This document shows positions 27,663 through 36,125 of a stretch of 64,000 nucleotides of DNA, piece after piece. The translations under genes were made by a program, and so were the position numbers. The DNA comes from Candidatus Limnocylindrales bacterium (lineage in GTDB: Bacteria; Chloroflexota; Limnocylindria; Limnocylindrales; CSP1-4): the NCBI GenBank assembly GCA_038250545.1, contig JBBSCF010000008.1, positions 23,519-87,518 on the forward strand, given 5' to 3'. The number at the start of each line of letters is the position of its first letter. The stretch's first letter is position 1. The notes beneath the pieces were generated by a model. The model worked only from the letters and a program-made list of their open reading frames with translations. It did no database searches and was not told the DNA's origin.

Positions 27663-28436
27663 GTGCCCGAGGGCGACACGCTCGTCCGGACCGCCGACGG
27701 CCTGCGTCCGTACCTGCTCGGGCGCACGGTGACCGCCGCGTCCGCGCGGGCGCCGGGCTCCCAGGCGGAGCGCCTCGTCGGGGCGACGGTCACGGCCGTC
27801 GAGGCGCGGGGCAAGAACCTGCTGATCCGGTTCGACACCGGGCTCGAGGTCCGGACGCACCTGCGGATGAACGGCTCGTGGCACCGCTACCGCCCCGGCG
27901 AGCGCTGGCGGCGGCCGGCTGCGCGGGCGCGGCTCGTGATCGAGGTGGAGGGCTCGGTCGCGGTCTGCTTCGACGCGCCGACCGTCGAGCTGTTCGAGCA
28001 GCGGGTCGAGGCGATCCACCCGTCGCTCTCGCGGCTCGGCCCGGACCTGCTGAAGGAGCCCGTGGACACCGCCGAGGCCGTGCGGCGACTCCGCGAGCCG
28101 GCGCGCGCCGTCGTGCCCATCGCGGTCGCCCTGCTGGACCAGCGGGCCATGGCCGGCATCGGCAATGAGGTCAAGAACGAGGTCCTGTGGCAGGCGCGTC
28201 GCTCCCCGTTCACGCCGGTTCGAGACCTGGACGACGCCGCGCTCCGCGATCTCGTTGACCTCGGCCGCGACGTCCTCCGCCAGGGTGCCTCGGCGGGCCG
28301 TCGCCCGCGCCATGTCTACCGGCGCGCCGCGCGCCCGTGCCCGCGTTGCGGGACGCCCATTCGCGTGGCGCACCAGGGCACGGACGTGCCGCGCCTCACG
28401 TTCTGGTGCCCCCGCTGCCAGCCCCCGTCCGCCTGA
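27663..28436 (+). CDS. nei: Endonuclease VIII (Nei/Fpg family DNA glycosylase/AP lyase), Nei2-like
   Basis: N-terminal (M)PEGDT, H2TH region GIGNEVKNEVLW, C-terminal zinc finger CPRCG...CPRCQ. The start lies 1 nt after the vapC stop. Confidence 0.9.
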   Translation: MPEGDTLVRTADGLRPYLLGRTVTAASARAPGSQAERLVGATVTAVEARGKNLLIRFDTGLEVRTHLRMNGSWHRYRPGERWRRPAARARLVIEVEGSVAVCFDAPTVELFEQRVEAIHPSLSRLGPDLLKEPVDTAEAVRRLREPARAVVPIAVALLDQRAMAGIGNEVKNEVLWQARRSPFTPVRDLDDAALRDLVDLGRDVLRQGASAGRRPRHVYRRAARPCPRCGTPIRVAHQGTDVPRLTFWCPRCQPPSA

Positions 28437-28500
28437 TCGGACGCGCCGCAGGGTCTATGCTCCGGGGCGTCCGGCGGCCCCGGACCGCCAGGAGCTGTGC

Positions 28501-29901
28501 GTGACGCGTTCGACACGATCCCCGGGGGCCCGGTGGCTGCTGGTCCTCGTCCCCATCGCGGTGGTCGCCGTGCTGGAGGTCCTCTCGGACAGCGTGCTCG
28601 ACGAGGCCCTGCCGTTCCCTCGGGACACGCTCCTGGTGGTCGCCGCGACGGCCGCGTTCGGCCTGGTGTTCGGGGCGGTCGCCTTCTCCCGGATCGACGC
28701 GCTGACCGGCGCCCTGCGGGCCCGCAACGCCGAGCTGGAGTCGCGCGGCGCGAGCGCCCGGGCCCTCCACCGCGTCTCGCTCGCGATCGCGTCGCTGTCC
28801 GACGTGGAGCATGTGCTCGACGCGGTCGTGAAGCACGCCCGGGAGCTGCTCGGTGCGGATGTCGCGGTGCTGCTCCTCGAGGGGCCGGACGGCCGGCTCG
28901 AGCTGCGGGCCGTGGCGCCGGCGGACGCGCCGCGCCGCGTCCCGGTCCCGCCCCGGGCCGCGGAGCCCGGCGACCCGGCCGCGGCGATGCTCGCATTCGT
29001 GAACCCGTCGCTCGCGGTCGTCCGCCTGGCAGCGCCGCTGCAGCGGGGCAACGCCACGATCGGGCTGCTCGCGGTCGGCTGCTCCATGGCCCGAGGCTTC
29101 GACGCGGATGAGGTCGAGACCCTCGCGTCGCTCGCCAACCAGGCCACCATCGCGCTCGAGCATGCGCGGCTGGAGGCGCGTCTCCGCGAGCTGGCCGTGG
29201 TGGAGGAGCGCGAGCGGATCGCCCGCGAGCTCCACGATGGCATCGCCCAGGTGCTGGGCTACGTGAACACCAAGTCACAGGCGGTTGACGAGTACCTCGC
29301 GGCGGGGCGCGTCGACGAGGCCCGGGTCCAGGTGGCCGACCTCGGAGCCGCCGCACGCGCCGTCTACGTCGATGTGCGCGAGTCGATCCTGGGCCTGCGG
29401 AGCCCCATCGAGCCCGGGCAGGGCCTCGGATCGGCCGTGCTTGCCTACGCCGGCCGGGCTGCGGCCGCGTCCACGTTCGCCCTCGACGCGGACATCGAAC
29501 CAGACGTGTGCGACCTGCGCCTCGACCCCGATGCGGAGGCCCACGTGTACCGCGTCGTGCAGGAGGCCCTGACCAACGTCCGCAAGCACGCCGCGGCCCG
29601 GCGGGTCCGGGTCGCGATGCGGATCGAGGCGCTGGACCTCGTGCTCCGGGTCCAGGATGACGGCCGCGGCGTGGCCGCCGGGGACGCCCCGTCCGCGGTG
29701 CCGCACTACGGCCTGCGGGCGATGCGCGAGCGCGCGACGGCGATCGGCGGAACGCTCGACGTGGGTCCCGGGCTGGGCGGCCGCGGGACCGCCGTGGTCC
29801 TCCGGGTTCCGCTGGCGGCCCACGTGATCCCGGCGAACGTGATCCCGGCGCGCGTGGTCCCGGCAACCGAGCCGGCAGCGGTCGAGACGCGGGGCGCATG
29901 A
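28501..29901 (+). CDS. Sensor histidine kinase, 2 TM + GAF + HisKA_3 + HATPase (NarX/DesK class)
   Basis: GTG inside track ORF 28165..29901. TM segments WLLVLVPIAVVAVLEVL and LLVVAATAAFGLVFGAVAF. H-box ERERIARELHDGIAQ. N-box EALTNVRKHA. Confidence 0.88.
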   Translation: MTRSTRSPGARWLLVLVPIAVVAVLEVLSDSVLDEALPFPRDTLLVVAATAAFGLVFGAVAFSRIDALTGALRARNAELESRGASARALHRVSLAIASLSDVEHVLDAVVKHARELLGADVAVLLLEGPDGRLELRAVAPADAPRRVPVPPRAAEPGDPAAAMLAFVNPSLAVVRLAAPLQRGNATIGLLAVGCSMARGFDADEVETLASLANQATIALEHARLEARLRELAVVEERERIARELHDGIAQVLGYVNTKSQAVDEYLAAGRVDEARVQVADLGAAARAVYVDVRESILGLRSPIEPGQGLGSAVLAYAGRAAAASTFALDADIEPDVCDLRLDPDAEAHVYRVVQEALTNVRKHAAARRVRVAMRIEALDLVLRVQDDGRGVAAGDAPSAVPHYGLRAMRERATAIGGTLDVGPGLGGRGTAVVLRVPLAAHVIPANVIPARVVPATEPAAVETRGA

Positions 29902-30557
29902 TGCGGATCCTGCTCGCCGACGACCACGCGCTCTTCCGTGACGGGATCGCGTCCCTTCTCGCGGCCTGGGGCCACGAGGTGGTGGGACAGGCCGCCGACG
30001 GCACGCGTGCCATCACGCTGGCCGTTGAGCTGCACCCGGACCTCGTCCTGATGGACGTCGCGATGCCCGGCGGCGGGGGCCTCGAGGCGACGCGCCGGCT
30101 GGCCGCGCTCGAGCCGGGGATCGCGATCGTGATGCTCACGGCCAGCGAGGACGTCGACCACCTGTTCGCGGCGATCAAGGCCGGCGCGCGTGGCTACCTC
30201 CTCAAGAACCTCGAGAGCATCGAGCTTCGCTCGATGCTCGAAGCCGTGGCTCGCGGCGAGGCCGCGATCACACCCGCGATCGCGGGCCGGATCCTGGCCG
30301 AGCTCGCCCGCCCCGAGCCGCTGCCCGCCGGGGCCGGGCACGACCGCCCGGACCCCGATCGGCTGACCGACCGCGAGCTCGAGGTGCTGAGGCTGGTGGT
30401 CGTCGGACAGCGCAACAAGGAGATCGCGGCGGACCTCGGGATCAGCGAGAACACGGCCAAGTTCCACCTGCGCAACATCCTCGACAAGCTCCACGCCCAG
30501 AACCGCACCGAGGTGGTGGCCCGGGCGATGCGCGACGGGCTCATCGAGCGCGCCTGA
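29898..30557 (+). CDS. Response regulator, NarL/LuxR family
   Basis: Receiver ILLADDH...LVLMDVAMPG. LuxR HTH LTDRELEVLRLVVVGQRNKEIAADLGISENTAKFHLRNIL. 4-nt overlap with the kinase gene. Confidence 0.92.
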   Translation: MMRILLADDHALFRDGIASLLAAWGHEVVGQAADGTRAITLAVELHPDLVLMDVAMPGGGGLEATRRLAALEPGIAIVMLTASEDVDHLFAAIKAGARGYLLKNLESIELRSMLEAVARGEAAITPAIAGRILAELARPEPLPAGAGHDRPDPDRLTDRELEVLRLVVVGQRNKEIAADLGISENTAKFHLRNILDKLHAQNRTEVVARAMRDGLIERA

Positions 30558-30752
30558 CCCCTCGGGACCCGCTCTCGACCGGCTCGCAGACGGGCTCCGG
30601 CCGATTCGGCTGCCAGTGGAGTGCCGGCCATGTGGCCCGGGCTGCATGGCCCCCGGGTCCTACCCGAAATGACGGGCAGCCTACCCACCCGCACGAACGT
30701 GGTGCCGGCGATCCCGGCCGCCGATGCTGGCGATGCGAGAAGGAGGCGGCGT

Positions 30753-32774
30753 ATGGGCTATCGCATCGACATCGACCATGGAGGCTGCATCACCTGCGGC
30801 ATCTGCATGGATGTCTGTCCCGTCGAGGCGCTCGACATGACCCGGCCCGACCATCCCGGTCTCGAGACCGGGCCCGTCGGCGGCCGTCCGCTGCCGTGGA
30901 TGATGGAGAGCCCGCTGCAGGTGGGCGAGTGCATCGGCTGCGGCATCTGCGTGCGGGAGTGCCCGCCGGCGGTCATGACGGTCGTCGAGCTGCGGGGCGA
31001 GCAGATCCCGCTCGCGGCGCGCCAGGGTCCGGTGGATCGGCCGAGCGCCGTGGCCGCGGACGAGGCGTGGCTGCCGTGGTCCGAGGTGAGCCGCGAGTCC
31101 CTCAAGCGCACCAAGCCCGTCCCGTGGGGCTCCCTGTTCGCGTGGCGCACTCGGTCGCGGCCCAAGCCCTGGCAGGCCTGGACCACGATGGTCGACGTGG
31201 CTCCCGCCTCGCCGATCGCCCCCTGCCAGGAGGCCTGCCCGGCCGGCACGGACGCCGGCCGGTACGTCGGCCTGGTGGCCGCCGGCCGGTACGACGAGGC
31301 GTACGCGGTCGCCGCCGAGGTCAACCCGTTCCCGTCCGTCTGCGGCTGGATCTGCACGGCCCCGTGCGAGAGTGCCTGCCGCCGCGGCGTCCTCGATGAG
31401 CCGATCTCGATCCGCACGATCAAGCGCTTCGCCGCCGAGCGCGGCAAGCTGCCGCCCGTCCCCAAGACCGTCCAGACGCGCAGCGAGAAGGTCGCCATCG
31501 TCGGGGGCGGGCCCGCCGGCATGTCCGCGGCCTGGTATCTCGCCCGCCTGGGCTACCCGGTGACGGTCATGGAGGCCATGCCCATCCCGGGCGGCATGAT
31601 GGCCATCGGCATCCCCGAGTACCGCCTGCCCCGCGAGGTCCTCCAGGCCGAGCTGCAGCGCATCGTGGACGCGGGGGTGGAGCTCAGGCTCGACACCGTG
31701 ATGGGCCGTGACTTCACGCTGCCCGACCTCGAGCGCCAGGGCTACAAGGCCATCTTCCTGGCCACGGGCGCGTCCAAGTCCCGCCGCCTCGGCGTCCCGG
31801 GCGACGACCAGCGGGGCATGATCCCCGCCACCCGGTTCCTCAAGGAGGTCAACCTCGGGGAGAACCCGCGTCTCGCGGGCGACGTGATCGTCGTCGGCGG
31901 CGGCAGCACCGCGATGGACGCGGCGCGGTCGGCCAAGCGGAGCGGCGCGGGCTCGGTGAGCATCGTCTATCGGCGGGGCCGCGCCGACATGCCGGCCCAG
32001 GCCGAGGAGGTCGACGCCGCCGAGCGAGAGGGCATCGCCATCCGCGAGGGGCTCGCCCCTCGCGAGGTCGTCGGGCGGGACGGGGCGGTCGTCGCCCTCC
32101 GGTGCGACGTCACCAGGCCCGCCGACGCGCCGGCCGAGGACGGCCGCACGCCGTGGAACCCCACCGGCGAGACGCGCGAGCTCGCGGCCTCCTCGATCCT
32201 CGTCGCCATCGGCGAGGAGCCCGACCCGTCGATCCTCCCCGAGGGGGCCGGGATCGAGGTCAGCGGCTGGGCCGGCATCAAGGCCGATCCCGACACCCTG
32301 GCCACGGGACGCGCCGGCATCTTCGCCGGCGGCGACGTGGTCTCGGGTCCCAAGACCATCATCGAGGCCGTGGCCGCCGGACGGCGCGCCGCGGGCTCCA
32401 TCCACGAGCACCTCGCCGGGGTCCGCAATGGCGAGGCGGAGATCATGAAGGTCGTCCGCGTCAGGACCCCAGCCGAGTCGAAGCTCCAGCTCGATATCGC
32501 CGACCGGCCGCGCGTGCACGCACCCCTCCCGGTCGTCGAGACGGGCAACTTCAAGGCAACCCAGGTGGGCTTCGGCGAGCAGGCCGCGCGGACCGAGGCG
32601 TCCCGCTGCTTCCGCTGCGACGCCGTCTACGGGTGTCCGTCCGTCAGCGTCCTCGCCGGGCGCGGTCCCGCCGACAGCCGTGTCGGTGGCGGTGCCATCC
32701 CGGTCGCACCCGTGGCTCCGGCCATCACCCCATCAACCGCATCCGACTCCGCTGCACATGGAGGACCCCAGTGA
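30753..32774 (+). CDS. Fe-S flavoprotein: N-terminal 2x[4Fe-4S] ferredoxin domain fused to a GltD-family NAD(P)H-dependent oxidoreductase (AegA/YgfT-like architecture)
   Basis: AGGAGG RBS then ATG 30753. CITCGICMDVCP and CIGCGICVRECP. CQEACPAG...CGWICTAPCESACRRG. Dinucleotide folds VAIVGGGPAGMSAA and VIVVGGGSTAMDAA. C-terminal CFRCD...C. Confidence 0.88.
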   Translation: MGYRIDIDHGGCITCGICMDVCPVEALDMTRPDHPGLETGPVGGRPLPWMMESPLQVGECIGCGICVRECPPAVMTVVELRGEQIPLAARQGPVDRPSAVAADEAWLPWSEVSRESLKRTKPVPWGSLFAWRTRSRPKPWQAWTTMVDVAPASPIAPCQEACPAGTDAGRYVGLVAAGRYDEAYAVAAEVNPFPSVCGWICTAPCESACRRGVLDEPISIRTIKRFAAERGKLPPVPKTVQTRSEKVAIVGGGPAGMSAAWYLARLGYPVTVMEAMPIPGGMMAIGIPEYRLPREVLQAELQRIVDAGVELRLDTVMGRDFTLPDLERQGYKAIFLATGASKSRRLGVPGDDQRGMIPATRFLKEVNLGENPRLAGDVIVVGGGSTAMDAARSAKRSGAGSVSIVYRRGRADMPAQAEEVDAAEREGIAIREGLAPREVVGRDGAVVALRCDVTRPADAPAEDGRTPWNPTGETRELAASSILVAIGEEPDPSILPEGAGIEVSGWAGIKADPDTLATGRAGIFAGGDVVSGPKTIIEAVAAGRRAAGSIHEHLAGVRNGEAEIMKVVRVRTPAESKLQLDIADRPRVHAPLPVVETGNFKATQVGFGEQAARTEASRCFRCDAVYGCPSVSVLAGRGPADSRVGGGAIPVAPVAPAITPSTASDSAAHGGPQ

Positions 32775-33379
32775 ACGCCGACCAGGTCTCAGGTCTCTTC
32801 GGCGCCGGAGAGGCGTTTGTCGAGGGGACCATCGCAGCAGCGCTCGTGATCCTCTGGATCCTGGCGGTGGCGCTGCACCTCGCCCGGCCGTACATGGCGA
32901 GGACCACGGGCAAGTTCACCCTGCGGCTCGGTGCGGACCTGTGGTGGATCATCTACGTCGCCCTGCGCGACCTGATCCTCCTCCAGGTCTTCCTGGGCAG
33001 CTTCATTTTCTTCTACCCGGACGTCGTCACCGGCCAGAGCCTGCCGATCACCGGCGGTGTCGCCGCGGTGTTCGCCTTCGCCGCGTTGCTGATCAAGCTC
33101 ATGTCCAAGGGTGACGCGGACCTCCTGGGGATGCGGGTCCAGGTGATCCTCATCGGGATCGGCGCCGCGCTCTACCTGACGCCCTACCTGTTCGGCACCC
33201 AGACGACGATGCTCACCGGCGCCCACATCACCGGCATCTCCGAGTTCCTGGTCACCTCGACCAACCCGGGCCTGGCCCTGCCGCTGTGCTACCTGTCCGC
33301 CCTGGCGACGGGGATCCTGGGCCTGGTGGCCGTGGGCTACAACATCCGCCTGTCGATGCGCGCCCCCAAGGCCGCGTGA
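32771..33379 (+). CDS. Polytopic membrane protein of unknown family (paralog A)
   Basis: GTG overlaps the upstream stop (GTGA). About 5 TM segments. Shares the LH(L/F)ARPY, TLR(L/F)G(A/G)D(L/V)WW and RD motifs with the next gene. Confidence 0.75.
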   Translation: MNADQVSGLFGAGEAFVEGTIAAALVILWILAVALHLARPYMARTTGKFTLRLGADLWWIIYVALRDLILLQVFLGSFIFFYPDVVTGQSLPITGGVAAVFAFAALLIKLMSKGDADLLGMRVQVILIGIGAALYLTPYLFGTQTTMLTGAHITGISEFLVTSTNPGLALPLCYLSALATGILGLVAVGYNIRLSMRAPKAA

Positions 33380-33389
33380 GGAGAACCCG

Positions 33390-34016
33390 ATGCTGAGTGG
33401 AGACGATCTCGCCACCGCGATTGCCCAGGGCGGCTCCTCCTGGATGGTCCTGTCCGTCGCCGCGGTCCTGCCGATCATCTGGGCATTCACCCTGTCCCTG
33501 CACTTCGCCCGCCCCTACGTCCTGCGGTTCCTGCAGAACCTGACGCTCCGCTTCGGCGGGGACGTCTGGTGGCTGTCCTACGTGCTCACCCGCGACGCGC
33601 TGCTGGTGGTCACGCTCTGTCTGTCCGTGGTCTTCGTCTTCCCGAACGTCTACCTGCAGGGTGACGGCCTCGGGATCACGGCACCCATCGCCACCCTGGT
33701 GCTGTTCTGGGCGACGCTCGTCAAGCTGCTCCGGGACCCGGACGACAGCCCGTCCGACTTCCGCCTCATGAGCCTCCTGCTCGTCATCGCGTCCGTGCTC
33801 TACATCGTTCCCCAGGTGTACGGCATGGAGGCGGCGGACCAGGGGCTGGGCGACTGGTCCGCGGCCCTCATCTCGACCTCCAACCTGGCCCTGGCGCGAC
33901 CCATCCTGTGGGGCACGCTCCTGCTGTTCGGCGCCACCGGCGCCGCCGTCTTCGTGCGGTTCCTCGTGCAGCTCGGGAAGCCGGGCGACGGCGAGGTGTC
34001 GCTCGCCGAGGCCTGA
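33390..34016 (+). CDS. Polytopic membrane protein of unknown family (paralog B)
   Basis: Starts 10 nt after paralog A and is collinear with it over the full length. 208 aa. Confidence 0.8.
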   Translation: MLSGDDLATAIAQGGSSWMVLSVAAVLPIIWAFTLSLHFARPYVLRFLQNLTLRFGGDVWWLSYVLTRDALLVVTLCLSVVFVFPNVYLQGDGLGITAPIATLVLFWATLVKLLRDPDDSPSDFRLMSLLLVIASVLYIVPQVYGMEAADQGLGDWSAALISTSNLALARPILWGTLLLFGATGAAVFVRFLVQLGKPGDGEVSLAEA

Positions 34017-34022
34017 TCCCGC

Positions 34023-34094
34023 GGGCCGCCGGCGGCCCACCCAGCGTCCCGACCGGACCTCGACGCCCCCGTCCCAGGACGGGGGCGTCGAGGT
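34023..34094 (+). terminator. Two consecutive GC-rich hairpins (16-nt palindrome 34023-34038; 18-19-bp perfect inverted repeat 34056-34095)
   Basis: GGGCCGCCGGCGGCCC, then ACCTCGACGCCCCCGTCC-CA-GGACGGGGGCGTCGAGGT, directly after the stop of paralog B. There is no U-tract. Confidence 0.55.
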
Positions 34095-34180
34095 CGCACC
34101 CGGTGGAGGACGTCGCCGGCCGAACCGTTGCGCCGCCGCGACGCGGCCGTGCCCGCGGCGAACCCCGGGGAGAGCGTGCG

Positions 34181-34474
34181 ATGCTTCCGGCCATGGGCGA
34201 TGAGATCGATGTCCGGTGCGAGCCTGCCCCGGGCGGCTGGACCTGCCACGTGACGGTGGGCGGGCACGGGGCCTCGACGTCGCACGACGTCACGGTCACG
34301 GCTGCCGACCTCGTGCGGCTGGCGCCCAGCGCCACGGACCCGGTCGACCTCGTCCGGCGCTCGTTCGCCTTCCTGCTGGCGCGCGAGCCGAAGGAATCGA
34401 TCCTCACCCGCTTCGATCTGCCACTGATCGGGCGCTACTTCCCGGAGTACGAGCGGGAGATCCGGGCCGGCTGA
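34181..34474 (+). CDS. Small conserved-looking hypothetical protein (97 aa)
   Basis: In-frame ATG of track ORF 33908..34474. Non-repetitive sequence ...VTVTAADLVRLAPSATDPVDLVRRSFAFLLAREPKESILTRFDLPLIGRYFPEYEREI. Confidence 0.6.
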   Translation: MLPAMGDEIDVRCEPAPGGWTCHVTVGGHGASTSHDVTVTAADLVRLAPSATDPVDLVRRSFAFLLAREPKESILTRFDLPLIGRYFPEYEREIRAG

Positions 34475-34475
34475 G

Positions 34476-34754
34476 CTAGGGGCTGCTCGCCATCGGCTCG
34501 GCGAGCCTGAACGGCAGCGGCAGCTCGACGGTCCGCGGCCAGCCGAGCGTCCTCACCTGGACGGTGATCGTGTCCAGCAGGGCGAAGGAAGCGTCGTCGG
34601 CCCGCCTGGGTGGCACGAAGCCCGGCCCATAGGCGCAGACACCGGCCAGACCAACCAGCGTGATGCGGCCGCGGAACCGTTCCCTCTCGACGAGCTGTGG
34701 CCGCGCCGCGACGGCCGGAGGGACGGCGTCAGTCGCCGATCTCGGCCACAACAT
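34476..34754 (-). CDS. Possible small hypothetical protein (92 aa)
   Basis: The only ORF filling the 250-nt gap. The last 27 codons I read all end in G/C. ATG 34754 overlaps the GT87 stop by 26 nt. No recognisable motif. Confidence 0.35.
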   Translation of the reverse strand: MLWPRSATDAVPPAVAARPQLVERERFRGRITLVGLAGVCAYGPGFVPPRRADDASFALLDTITVQVRTLGWPRTVELPLPFRLAEPMASSP

Positions 34755-35739
34755 GGGGGTCCCTGCCGGAGGCGACCGTCTGCCGGCGGGTCGGGGGCGG
34801 TGCATCCGCGCCCAGGTAGCGGCGCAGCCACCTTGACGCGAGGGCCCGCGCGTGCCGCGCGCTCGCCGCGGGCTCGGCCCGGAACGCTCGCCCCCAGCGG
34901 GCGGCCCGATCGCGCTCCACCCGTATCGCCCGCGCCCAGGCCGAGACGTGCAGGAACGCGAACGGGTGGCGGAGGCGCCACCACCAGGGGACCGCGGACC
35001 AGATGAGCACGAGGTAGTCCGCGCGGATCGGGCGCTCGCCGAAGCCGAACAGCACCTGGAGCTGGACGATCGTGAGCGGGAGCATGAGGAGCGAGAGCAG
35101 GCCCGACAGGGCGAGGAACACGAGGCCCCACGCGCGGGCCCTGGGGGGCAGGACCAGCCACAGCGGCGCCGGCACCCACTTCATCCAGGTCGCGAGACCC
35201 CAGATCAGGCCGCCCAGCCTGGGACCCGTGAACTGGGCGCCGAACAGCGCGAGGGCGAGGAGCAGGTTGATGTTGCCCGTGTCGAGGTTCGCCGCCATCG
35301 GGAAGGCCAGGAGCGCGACGAGGAGGGCGGTGGCGAGCGGTCGGCGCGTGTAGGCCCAGCGGATGGACCACAGCAGCAGCAGGATGGTGGCACCGCGCCA
35401 GGAGAACCAGGCCACCTCCCAGGGCAGCACTGCCCAGGGGATGAAGATCGGCAGCATCCAGGGGGCGTAGACATAGGGCAGGAACGGGCCCTGCGGGTGG
35501 TACGGATCGCCGCCCTCGAGCCAGATCCGGACCGCCGCCCAGTAGGCCCGGGCGTCCGCGCCGGCGGTCTCGCCGCGGGCGAGCATGGCGGCCAGGGCTA
35601 CGCCGAAGGTGACGACAAGGATGGCCATGGCCAGCATCCGGCGCGGCTCGTGGATGCGTGCCGCCTCCAGGCGCAGGGCTCGCCGGATCACGCCGGCCCG
35701 GCGGGCCGGCCGCCGCTGGACGGCCGCGGGTGGTGTCAT
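34729..35739 (-). CDS. Membrane glycosyltransferase, GT87/DUF2029 (PimE-like mannosyltransferase) family
   Basis: Multiple TM segments. N-terminal DARAYWAAVRIWLEGGDPY loop typical of DUF2029. Confidence 0.75.
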   Translation of the reverse strand: MTPPAAVQRRPARRAGVIRRALRLEAARIHEPRRMLAMAILVVTFGVALAAMLARGETAGADARAYWAAVRIWLEGGDPYHPQGPFLPYVYAPWMLPIFIPWAVLPWEVAWFSWRGATILLLLWSIRWAYTRRPLATALLVALLAFPMAANLDTGNINLLLALALFGAQFTGPRLGGLIWGLATWMKWVPAPLWLVLPPRARAWGLVFLALSGLLSLLMLPLTIVQLQVLFGFGERPIRADYLVLIWSAVPWWWRLRHPFAFLHVSAWARAIRVERDRAARWGRAFRAEPAASARHARALASRWLRRYLGADAPPPTRRQTVASGRDPHVVAEIGD

Positions 35740-35880
35740 GCCAGTGCATTCTCGCGCGCCCGGGCCTCAGGCGGGAAGCGGGCCCGCACCGCCACCGCAG
35801 GAAGCGCGGGACCTCGGGCCCGGCCCCGCCGGCGATCCCCGATCCCGGATCGGGGGGTTTGGGGGCGGACCGGGCGCTGC

Positions 35881-35886
35881 TAGACT
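35881..35886 (+). promoter_or_regulatory. -10 box TAGACT just upstream of the cyanophycinase remnant
   Basis: TAnnnT hexamer 9 nt before ATG 35896. The same hexamer precedes the M20 gene at 42543. Confidence 0.4.
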
Positions 35887-35889
35887 CCC

Positions 35890-36060
35890 GTGACCATGCC
35901 GCACGGGACCGTCATCGTCATCGGCGGGGCTGAGGACAAGGTCCGGGACCGGGTCATCCTCAGCCGGTTCGTCGCGCTCGCGGGCGGGCGGGACGCACGG
36001 ATCGCGGTCATCGCCACCGCGAGCTCCTTCGGCATGGAGGCCGGCGACCGGTATCCAGGG
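35890..36060 (+). pseudogene. Cyanophycinase (peptidase S51) N-terminal stump, ~55 codons
   Basis: GTVIVIGGAEDKVRDRVILSRFVALAGGRDARIAVIATASSFGMEAGDRY matches the cyanophycinase N-terminus. Similarity stops near 36055. The catalytic Ser/His region is absent, and a convergent GNAT gene occupies the space. Confidence 0.7.
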
Positions 36061-36125
36061 CGAGCTCGCCTCCGGCTGACGCCGACCACCGACGACGTCG
36101 ACCGGCGGTCGTGTGTCGGCCGGCG

